Origin: Octopus sinensis
Taxonomy: Eukaryota
Assembly (NCBI RefSeq): GCF_006345805.1
Contig: NW_021824269.1
Location: 1-19,437, forward strand
Direction: 5' to 3'
DNA: 19,437 nt
Shown here: in pieces, positions 9,075 through 17,699 of the stretch
Layout: the number at the start of each line of letters is the position of its first letter
Numbering within the stretch: position 1 is the stretch's first letter
Translations under genes and position numbers: made by a program
Notes under the pieces: model-generated
Seen by the model: the letters and a program-made list of their open reading frames with translations, nothing else
Databases searched by the model: none
What the model was told of the DNA's origin: nothing

Positions 9075-9745
9075 ATCGACCCCGAAAGGACGAAAGGCAA
9101 AGTCGACCTTGGCGGAATTTGAACTCAGAACGTAGCAGCAGACGAAATACCTATTTCTTTACTACCCACAAGGGGCTAAACACAGAGGGGACAAACAAGG
9201 ACAGACAAATGGATTAAGTCGATTACATTGACCCCAGGTGCGTAACTGGTACCTAATTTATCGACCCCGAAAGGATGAAAGGCAAAGTCGACATCACCGC
9301 AATTTGAACTCAGAACGTAGCAGCAGACGAAATGCCTATTTCTTTACTACCCATAAGGGGCTACACACAGAGGGGACAAACAAGGACAGACAAACGGATT
9401 AAGTCGATTATATCGACCCCAGGTGCGTATCCGGTACCTAATTTATCGACCCCGAAAGGATGAAAGGCAAAGTCGACCTCGGCGGAATTTGAACTCAGAA
9501 CGTAACGGCAGACGAAATGCCTATTTCTTTACTACCCACAAGGGGCTACACACAGAGGGGACAAACAAGGACAGACGTAGGTACTAAGTCGATTATATCG
9601 ACCCCAGTGCGTACCTAATTTATCGACCCCGAAAGGATGAAAGGCAAAGTCGACCTCAGCGGAATTTGAACTCAGAATGTAGCGGCAGGCGAAATGCTGC
9701 TAAGCATTTCGCCTGGTGTACTAACGATTCTGCCAGCTCGCCTCC
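9075..9745 (-). mobile_element. SINE family B: one head followed by a tandem array of 177-185 bp units
   Basis: ATCGACCCCGAAAGG recurs at 9075, 9260, 9445 and 9622. The tRNA-like head GGAGGCGAGCTGGCAGAATCGTTAG occurs only once (9745), while each unit keeps the B-box-like GAGTTCAAATTCC. Confidence 0.9.
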
Positions 9746-9829
9746 TTCACACACACACGTACACACATGTATGTAGGAATGTATGTATATTATATTATGA
9801 TCCCGGCCAATGCAACTTAACTTTTGAAT

Positions 9830-9895
9830 GGCGGTGCCCCAGCATGGCCACAGCTTGTGAGCTGAAACTAGATAAAATAAAATTAAAAAAATAAA
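9830..9895 (+). mobile_element. SINE A-related 3' tail fragment
   Basis: GGCGGTGCCCCAGCATGGCCACAG...TGAAAC plus an A-rich tail matches 4948-4990. Confidence 0.6.
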
Positions 9896-10212
9896 AAATA
9901 TGTGTATGTATGCGCACGCAAGGATATTCTAGTTTGGTACCCGGGTACGCGTTTAGCCTGGCAGAGTGGGTTGGACTTTCAACCGTGGGGAAAGCATCTA
10001 ACCAACCCAGGAAGACGGTGATCTCTAACAGAAAAAACACACGAGATATGTTGGGCATGGCGTGTGGCAAACAATTATACCACCAACTTTCTGCTATTAG
10101 CATTTCCCCAAAAGTGGAGGTCGTCCTACAGAAATTTCCATCACTGGAAACAAGTTATCTCTTTAGGTAGTTCAACGGTTATAATTATTAACTTTTGGAT
10201 CCTCATACGTTG

Positions 10213-10325
10213 AGATCCACAGTGGAGGTAAAGAATATGCACACCATCCATTTTTGGCGTAACCCTAACCCTAACCCTAAACCCTAAACACTGGATGTGT
10301 GTATTCTTTACTTTCGCTAGAATCC
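10213..10325. mobile_element. Miniature foldback element with a telomere-like (TAACCC)n spacer
   Basis: Imperfect inverted arms GTAAAGAATATGCACACCATCCA / TGGATGTGTGTATTCTTTAC around TAACCC repeats at 10260-10288. Confidence 0.55.
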
Positions 10326-10408
10326 ACTACACACACATTATACGTCATATATATATATATATATGAATAAATAAATAAATGGAGTTGAACGAAGATGTTA
10401 ACAAAATT

Positions 10409-10501
10409 CCTTTACTTTCGACATATGTTTCGAAGACAACATGTTTTTATTCCAAAGGAATAAACGGTGTAAGATGCAATCTTCTCATCAGGAAAGAAAG
10501 G
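10409..10501 (-). ncRNA. Type I hammerhead ribozyme with canonical core and extended stem II
   Basis: Minus strand: stem I CCTTTCTTTC / GAAAG(T)AAAGG; CTGATGA (10491-10485); stem II GAAGA...TCTTC enclosing TTTATTCC-TTT-GGAATAAA; GAAA (10431-10428); palindromic stem III ACATATGT; GUC with cleavage between 10420 and 10419. Confidence 0.85.
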
Positions 10502-10772
10502 GAGCCTCTCTCGACAACAAGACAAAATAATAATTACGATGACCGCCTACATGATAAACAGAACGTTAATAAGTGTTTAAAGAAACCGTTAGTAGAATTG
10601 ACGTGAAAGTTAGCTAGTAGGAAGAGGAGGGTTAAAGGAATAATAAATAGGGGGCAAATAGAGAGGGAGGGATACGTTGATTAAAAGATTGTTCAAAGGC
10701 TTAGGAAAGAATTTCTCTATTGAAGTGGAGTGCACATTAAACTAATTATTCAAACTATAATGAATATCGAAA

Positions 10773-11864
10773 TCATTTATATGAGTTAAAGGTATGTTTC
10801 TGCCAGTGTTTACATTTGTACGATTTCTCTATAAGTGTGTTTACAAGGGGATCCTTAGAGAAGAGAATATGGAAGGGTTCAGAGTTGCAAATGTTACAAA
10901 ATCTCCTGCCCTTATCGAACGGAAAGGATACGGACAGTATGAACCATTCTAACTTAAAATCTATATTGTTGTCTTTAAGACGCCAAACCAATTTACTTAG
11001 CCCTGTACTATGTCGTTTTTTACTATCCCTAAATGATGAATAATGGTTTGAAATTCTCTTGGATAACTGGGAAGTGGATGCACCTATATAGAAGAAGACA
11101 TCAGTACCGGAAGAAATTTTACACTGGTATATAGAATTCCTGATCTTAGAATTATTAGACAAAAATTTTATTCTGTTGGGGTTGTCCTCAGAGATGGAAA
11201 CAAAGTTTTTATTGCTATGATTGTTGTTACTATTATTATTACCACCACTAACAACACTATTCCTATTATTATTAGTATTATTATTGTTAATACAACTAAT
11301 AATACCATCAACAATAATACCATTATTATTATTACTATTAACATTACCATTGTTATTAACACGACTATTACTATTATTATTATTATCATTGTTATCACCA
11401 TCACTATTACCATTACTATTATTATTAATACTATTCTTATTATTATAATTGTATGAGGGGTTGGAATTAGCAAGATTAATGCTGGAACTCCCGGGTGAAG
11501 AACCCTTATTTAGCAGCTTGGTATTTTGAGAAGATATAATTTGTGAAAGATTTCTAGTGTTAGGGAAAGCGATTCTAACTATGTGGGAATTGATAATAGA
11601 ATAATATCTAGAATTTTGGGGAAAGTTCCTAGCAACAGCTTCACGGAACTGCAAGGGAAGGTTCGATTTGATTTGTTTTCCGAAAGGAATTACGAACCAG
11701 ATACTATTCTTAGTGACTTTTGAATTGTACGTAGTGTTATTTGTAAAAGTAGGGGGAAAATTTCTGGGTTGGAAATTTGGGGTTAAATAACGCTTGCTTC
11801 CCCTGGTCCGTAAAGACCTATCCCTTGGATAGGTCGCTTCAACCGTGTTTCTGACGTGAATTTG
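10773..11864 (-). CDS. Penelope-like element ORF fragment: post-RT linker, Asn-rich insert and GIY-YIG endonuclease
   Basis: Stop-to-stop frame of 363 codons (the track starts at TTG 11654). The upstream extension gives KNSIWFVIPFGKQIKSNLPLQFREAVARNFP..IINSHIVRIAF..NLSQIISSQNTKLL, the typical PLE IWFNPP/HFP linker. It continues to SIYQCKI..FYIGAST..KRISNH..STGLSKLVW.LK..W.IL..CNICNSE..LVN..KCKH. The frame contains no Met. Confidence 0.85.
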   Translation of the reverse strand, partial: QIHVRNTVEATYPRDRSLRTRGSKRYLTPNFQPRNFPPTFTNNTTYNSKVTKNSIWFVIPFGKQIKSNLPLQFREAVARNFPQNSRYYSIINSHIVRIAFPNTRNLSQIISSQNTKLLNKGSSPGSSSINLANSNPSYNYNNKNSINNNSNGNSDGDNNDNNNNSNSRVNNNGNVNSNNNNGIIVDGIISCINNNNTNNNRNSVVSGGNNNSNNNHSNKNFVSISEDNPNRIKFLSNNSKIRNSIYQCKISSGTDVFFYIGASTSQLSKRISNHYSSFRDSKKRHSTGLSKLVWRLKDNNIDFKLEWFILSVSFPFDKGRRFCNICNSEPFHILFSKDPLVNTLIEKSYKCKHWQKHTFNSYK

Positions 11865-11948
11865 CTACCCTGGTATCGGTTCATCGAATTTTCCATGTTG
11901 ACGGTAAACATAGGATAATCAATTCACCTATCGATATATATATATATA

Positions 11949-12191
11949 TATAATCAAAATAAGCAACAAGAATGACTCCGGTAATTTGGTACAATCGTTT
12001 CGCACTACATCATTTTATTTAATGTTGTAAGTATTACAACAGATTTAAGATGCTGAGTACCTCTATAATTGGCTGATGAGTACTCAGCATCTTAAATCTG
12101 TTGTAATACTTACAACATTTAATAAAATGATGTAGAATGAAACAATTGTACCAAATTACCAGAGTCATTCTTGTTGCTTATTTTGATTATA
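11949..12191. mobile_element. Inverted pair of PLE pLTR ends (112-bp arms, 19-nt spacer)
   Basis: 11949-12060 is the reverse complement of 12080-12191 with about 6 mismatches by eye. Both arms carry hammerhead stem II/GAAA/stem III and the same U-rich tail pointing outward. Confidence 0.8.
12066..12158 (+). ncRNA. Type I hammerhead ribozyme with canonical core and long stem II
   Basis: Stem I TAATTGG / CCA(A)ATTA; CTGATGA 12073-12079; long stem II capped by TGTTGTAA-TAC-TTACAACA; GAAA 12139-12142; palindromic ACAATTGT; GUA with cleavage after 12150. There is one A-A mismatch near the stem II base. Confidence 0.75.
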
Positions 12192-12284
12192 ATCACCCCA
12201 TGGATTTTTATGGATAACACCATACAAAATTCTGGTGCATCTAAATTAAGTACCATATTCATTCGAATCTAAATTTTTGCTGAA

Positions 12285-12321
<37 letters not shown>

Positions 12322-12322
<1 letters not shown>

Positions 12323-12430
12323 AAATGGGACAAGAACGTAAAGCCTCCAGATAGACGATACAAAAAACACGGACGGGTCATTCGAAGCCTTTAATCTTCA
12401 GTCAAGAACCGGATCATCCTTGCAATTTCG
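12322..12430 (-). mobile_element. Unclassified interspersed repeat fragment (family D), possible PLE 3' end
   Basis: Inverse copy of 8714-8790 plus a U-rich tail GTTCTTGTCCCATTTTG abutting (TA)n, and flanked by (TA)n on both sides. Confidence 0.6.
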
Positions 12431-12447
12431 ATATATATATATATATA

Positions 12448-12978
12448 TACTCTTTACTCTTTTACTCTTTTACTTGTTTCAGTCATTTGACTGCGGCCAT
12501 GCTGGAGCACCGCCTTTAGTCGAGCAAATCAACCCCGGGACTTATTCTTTGTAAGCCCAGTACTTATTCTATCGGTCTCTTTTGCCGAACCGCTAAGTGA
12601 CGGGAGGTAAATATATGCCATGCTGGAGCACCGCCTTTAGTCGAGCAAATCGACCCTGGGACTTATTCTTTGTAAGCCCAGTACTTTTCTATCGGTCTCT
12701 TTTGCCGAACCGCTAAGTGACGGGAGGTAAATATATGCTATGCTGGAGCACCGCCTTTAGTCGAGCAAATCGACCCCGGGACTTATTCTTTGTAAGCCCA
12801 GTACTTATTCTATCGGTCTCTTTTGCTGAACCGCTAAGTGACGGGAGGTAAATATATGCTATGCTGGAGCACCGCCTTTAGTCGAGCAAATTGACTCTGG
12901 GACTTATTCTTTGTAAGCGCAGTACTTATTCTATCGGTCTCTTTTGCCGAACCGCTAAGTGACGGGAGGTAAATATAT
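12448..12978 (-). mobile_element. SINE family A 3' end followed by four tandem ~121-bp body units
   Basis: Tail at 12448-12480. ATGCTGGAGCACCGCC occurs at 12499, 12620, 12740 and 12861. Confidence 0.9.
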
Positions 12979-13512
12979 ATATATATATATATAAATATCT
13001 GTGTGTGTGTGTGTGTGTGTGTGTGTTATATCGGAATTTATTAGGCAAAATGTAAATTTGGTAGGGTTGTACACATACATACTGACACACATCACATATA
13101 TCTACAAAATTTAACTTAAAATTTGGAAAATATTTGCGATGTGTGTTACTATATATATATGTGGTTGATCACTGTTTTTCTTTTCACATCAAATTCTGAT
13201 ATAATCGTAATTTAAACAGTTTGAGAAGTATTATAGAAAATTTCATTAAAGAAATACCAATTTTTTTTTTCTGAAAGTTATGAGGAAACAAATCCTACTC
13301 GTGTGAATTTTCCGAAACACCTTTCCCCCCCACCATCGGAAAATGTTTTTTCACAACAAATTCCGACACAGTCAGAATGTATACCATCTGAGGCGTATTT
13401 GTTGTAAATATCATTAAAAAATATCAATTTTTCTGGAAGTTACGTGGAAACGAAGTCAGTGGAGCACACATGTGTAGGAATGCCTATATCTATCTATCTA
13501 TTTATCTATCTT

Positions 13513-13855
13513 TGGTGTTGGAGAAGACTTTTACGGATTCCATGGATAGCGAGGCTCACCAATGGAGAAGTTCTTCAGCAGATAAGGCCGAAAATGTCGC
13601 TAGAAGCTAGGATCACCAAGCATAGATTGGCATATTTCGGTCATATTATGCGGAGAAAATCCCTGGAGAAGGACATCATGCTCGGAATGGTCAGTGGCAA
13701 GAGAGGAAGAGGCCGACCAAGAACCCACTGGCTTGACACCATCAAGAGGGATACCGGAATGGACATAGCCAATCTGAAAGAAGCGGCCCAGGATAGAACT
13801 GACTGGAGGACACTGATCCAAAGAGTGACCGAGAGTCGACTTTGACTGAGCGGAT
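13513..13855 (+). mobile_element. RTE-BovB-type LINE, 5'-truncated 3' end
   Basis: WCWRRLLRIPW...YFGHIMRR.SLEKDIMLG...RGRGRPRTHWLD...DRTDWR...SRL is the characteristic C-terminus of RTE/BovB ORFs. There is a premature TGA at 13843-13845. Confidence 0.9.
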
Positions 13856-13892
13856 AGATAGATATATAATATATAACGTGTATATATATATA

Positions 13893-14075
13893 GGAATGGT
13901 CAGTGGCAAGAGAGGAAGGGGCCGACCAAGAACCCACTGGCTTGACACCATCAGGAGTGATACCGGAATGGACATGGCCAGTCTGAAAGAAGCGGCCCAG
14001 GATAGAACTGACTGGAGGACACTGATCCAACGAGTGACCGAGAGTCAACTTCGACTGAGCGGTTAGAAGAAGAAT
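13893..14075 (+). mobile_element. Second, shorter RTE-BovB 3' end in tandem
   Basis: GMVSGKRGRGRPRTHWLD...ESQLRLSG*, with 9 differences from the first copy over ~174 bp. Confidence 0.9.
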
Positions 14076-14107
<32 letters not shown>

Positions 14108-14118
14108 ATCTATCTATC

Positions 14119-14208
<90 letters not shown>

Positions 14209-14232
14209 GTCTATCTATCTGTCTGTCTATCT
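14076..14232. repeat. (TATC)n microsatellite
   Basis: Directly visible. Confidence 0.95.
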
Positions 14233-14616
14233 TATATAATAGCGACGCAAATAGGATGTGAGCCCTTGATCCAGTTGTGTTCTTATGTAAAACACCATAG
14301 CTGGAAATCTTCCCGTGGAAATTAGATCGTGAAACTGTATCCCATTGAGTATGTGTATATAATTTCATGTACAGGTGTCTCTATATGTATGTGTATATAT
14401 TTGCGAGTGTGTGCATGCACATGCTTGTGTAGGAGTATGAACATCCATATATGCATGGCCATGTGCAGGCCTATTTGTATAGGGGTATAGACACGGATGT
14501 GCAGATCTCGACCCACGCTTGATGTCCTTAATATTAAAATACCTTGATTCTAACGAACCTTACAAATAATCAATTATATATGTATGTGTATGAATGTATA
14601 TATATTTATATATACT

Positions 14617-15035
14617 ATGGATCTTTTCGGTTTGAACGGCAGTTTTTTAAAATAATTTCCACGTAACTAAACACTTTTAAACTTCGTATACTGGTAGAAT
14701 GTGTTACATAAAACATCTTTTTCTCTTGGCTTTATTGAGAAAATTCTATGGTTTGTAAGATATTTGTTGTTTTTTTTTCTTCAATTTCTGCAAGTTCAAC
14801 CAATCAATGACGTCTATTGAGGTAAAAAACATTCTGTGCCGTATGAATATGTCCCTCGTTTAAGAAACAGATTGGGTTTATTTACATTTGTGAAGAAAAA
14901 AAAGATACCCTTTCCCCGCACCCCTAACCCTAAAACAGATTGGAATGCAATAGATCGATACTAGGGTCATAATTATGGGTGAAAATTTCATATGACACCG
15001 CTAGAAAAAACTGCCTTCAAACCGAAAAGATCCAT
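14617..15035. mobile_element. MITE-like element with ~31-bp TIRs and an internal CCCTAACCCTAA
   Basis: ATGGATCTTTTCGGTTTGAACGGCAGTTTTTT / AAAAAACTGCCTTCAAACCGAAAAGATCCAT. A subterminal block is shared with 17740-17800 and 19030-19060. Confidence 0.8.
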
Positions 15036-15579
15036 TTACTTTTGTATCAATCGCACTATTTTATACTTGATTCGAACTGAAAAAAAACTGGTGGGGGGGC
15101 ACTTATACACGAATACGAGTGTATGTATGTGTAGTGCTTGTGTATAAATAAATATGTGTGTATATGTGCATGAGAGAGAGGGAAAACTCGTAATCTATAA
15201 TGCTTAGAACGATACAGATCTAAAGAAATAACGGGTTTTGGCGCACTAGATAATTTCCGACGCTATAGTACAGGGATGCTTCTATTGTAGTATTTTTCAG
15301 ATAGGTCAAATGTTTTTGTAGATGAGGGATTTCTTTTGGCGGGGATTTAGGGGCATGGCTTTGTTTTGGTTGTGTATTTTCGTTGTTGTTGCTTGATGTT
15401 TGATGTTGTTTTGTAAGAGACAAACTTACCTGTAGAATAGGTAAGTTAATTACAGGTGAGAAGGCTGACGTAAACTTATCCGTGTGGTTCCGACGATAGT
15501 AAACTGCTTTTCTGAAGGGTGAACTGGGTCGGTTTTGTATTTTGTTGTAGCTATTTTCTGCAGCCTGACGCAGGAGGGT

Positions 15580-15702
15580 GCCTGTGTGTGTTTGTGTGTG
15601 TGTGTTTGTGTGTGTGTGTTTGTGTGTGTGTGTGAGAGTGAGAGAGAGAGAGAGAGAGACAGAGAGACAGAGACAGAGGGCGAGAGAGAGAGAGAATGTA
15701 TG

Positions 15703-15733
<31 letters not shown>

Positions 15734-15990
15734 ATGTATGTGAGAGACAGAGAGAGAGAGAATGTATGTGAGAGACAGAGAGAGAGACAGAGAGAGAGGG
15801 CGAGAGAGAGATAATGTATGTGAGAGACAGAGAGAGACAGAGAGAATGTATGTGAGAGACAGAGAGAGAGAGAGAGAGAATGCGTATGTGAAACACAGAG
15901 AGATAGGTATAAGTGTATGAGAGAGAGAGAGAGAATAAGTATTTTGACAGAGAGGGAGAGAAAGAATGAGTGTGTGTGAGAGACAATGAA

Positions 15991-16021
<31 letters not shown>

Positions 16022-16193
16022 AAGTATTGTGACAGAGAGGGAGAGAAAGAATGAGTGTGTGTGAGAGACAATGAATGTGTGTGTGAGAGAGAGAGAGAGA
16101 GAATAAGTATTGTGACAGAGAGGGAGAGAAAGAATGAGTGTGTGTGAGAGAGACAATGAATGTGTGTGTGTGTGTGAGAGAGAGACAAAGAGA

Positions 16194-16200
<7 letters not shown>
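15580..16200. repeat. (GT)n then (GA)n-derived compound micro/minisatellite
   Basis: Recurring higher-order units such as GAGAGAATGTATGTGAGAGACA and GAGAATAAGTATTGTGACAGAGAGGGAGAGAAAGAATGAGTGTGTG. Confidence 0.95.
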
Positions 16201-16226
<26 letters not shown>

Positions 16227-16324
16227 GATAAAGATATGTGTATCTGTGTATAGGTATGCGTGAGCGAATATTGGTGTGTCTGAATATATGTAGGCCTATA
16301 TATATATATGTGTGTTTGTCTAGC

Positions 16325-16370
16325 TATGTATGAATGTATGTATGTGTGTGTGTGTGTGTGTAGGTATGTA

Positions 16371-16403
<33 letters not shown>

Positions 16404-16922
16404 GTGTGTGTGTAGGTATGTATGTATGTACGTGTGTGTGTGTGTAGGTATGTATGTGTGTGTGTAGGTATGTATGTATGTATGTATGTATGTATGTATG
16501 TATGTATGTATGTGTAGGTATGTATGTGTGTGTGTATGTATGTATGTGTGTGTGTAGGTATGTGTGTGTGTGTGTAGGTATGTATGTGTGTGTGTGTGTG
16601 TATGTATGCAAGTATGTGTGTGTGTATGTATGTATGTATGTATGTATGTATGTATGCATGTGTGTGTGTATGTATGTGTGTGTATGTATGTAGGTAGGTA
16701 TGTATGTGTGTGTGTAGGCATGTATGTGTGTGTGTATGTATGTATGTGTGTATGTGTGTATGTATGTATGTATGTATGTGTGTGTGTATGTATGTATGTA
16801 TGTATGTATTTATGTATGTATGTATGTATTTATGTATGTATGTTTGTATGTATGTATGTATGTATATATGTATGTATATATGTGTGTGTGTATGTATGTA
16901 TGTGTGTATGTATGTATGTGTA
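16325..16922. repeat. (GT)n/(GTAT)n/(GTAG) mosaic microsatellite
   Basis: Directly visible. Confidence 0.95.
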
Positions 16923-17054
16923 GTGACAGACAGATAGACAGACAGAGGGAGGGGGAAAAGGTGATAAGAGAAAGAATGTGTGTGTGTATGTATGTGTAGG
17001 TGCTGAAATAGAGTTTGTGCACGCGCGAAGCTAAAAATGTGTGTGTGTGTATGT

Positions 17055-17390
17055 ATGTGTTAGTTTATATGCTTGCGCGCGTGTGTGTACGTTTGTGTGC
17101 GTGTGTGTGTGTATGTATGTGTTAGTTTATATGCTTGCGCGCGTGTGTGTACGTTTGTATGCGTGCGTGTGTGTGTGTGTGTGTTAGTTTATATGCTTGC
17201 GCGCGTGTGTGTACGTTTGTGTGCGCGTTGTGTGTGTGTGTGTGTGTGTATGTGTTAGTTTATATGCTTGCGCGTGCGTGTACGTTTGTGTGCGTGTGTG
17301 TGTGTGTGTGTGTATGTATGTGTTAGTTTATATGCTTGCGCGCGTGTGTGTACGTTTGTGTGTGTGTGTGTGTGTATCTGTGTGTGTGTG
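17055..17390. repeat. Minisatellite, five units of 62-71 bp with a variable (GT)n core
   Basis: TAGTTTATATGCTTGCGCG occurs at 17061, 17123, 17185, 17256 and 17324. Confidence 0.95.
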
Positions 17391-17589
17391 ACGGTCGTTT
17401 GTGTCTGTACAGGGCATCTCAAAAGAGATTACTTACGTACGTATGTATGTATGAATGAATGTGCGTATGTATTACGTTTGCTTTGGCGCGTGTTCAAATG
17501 GGATTCTTTTGCTTACGGTAACTGTGAATACATACACACACACACACACATTTGTACATACATAGAAGTATGTGTCTATGTATCTTGTA

Positions 17590-17690
17590 TCTTTTACTTT
17601 GCTTCAATCATTAGACTGCGGTCATGCTGGGACATTGCCTTGAAGAATTCTTCGTGGAAATGAATCGATCCCAGGACTAATTTTTTTAAA
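17590..17690 (-). mobile_element. Diverged SINE A-related 3' tail
   Basis: TTTTACTTTGCTTCAATCATTAGACTGCGGTCATGCTGG...ATCGATCCCAGGACT parallels 5420-5500. Confidence 0.55.
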
Positions 17691-17699
17691 AGATACTTA

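Larger units (their letters stand above)
10365..11935 (-). mobile_element. Penelope-like retroelement 3' portion (linker + GIY-YIG endonuclease + 3' UTR/pLTR with hammerhead)
   Basis: PLE-type ORF and a same-strand hammerhead ~270 nt downstream of the stop codon. The segment is bounded by (TA)n at both ends, and no RT motifs are seen upstream. Confidence 0.85.

Noticed and set aside
10260-10288. Telomere or chromosome end (also 14922-14933 and 17980-18030)
   Set aside because: These are short degenerate interstitial tracts inside inverted-repeat elements, not a terminal array.
13030-13470. Possible DNA transposon body (9-bp hairpin ATTTTCCGA/TCGGAAAAT near 13308-13344)
   Set aside because: No TIR pair, TSD or second copy is visible in the window.
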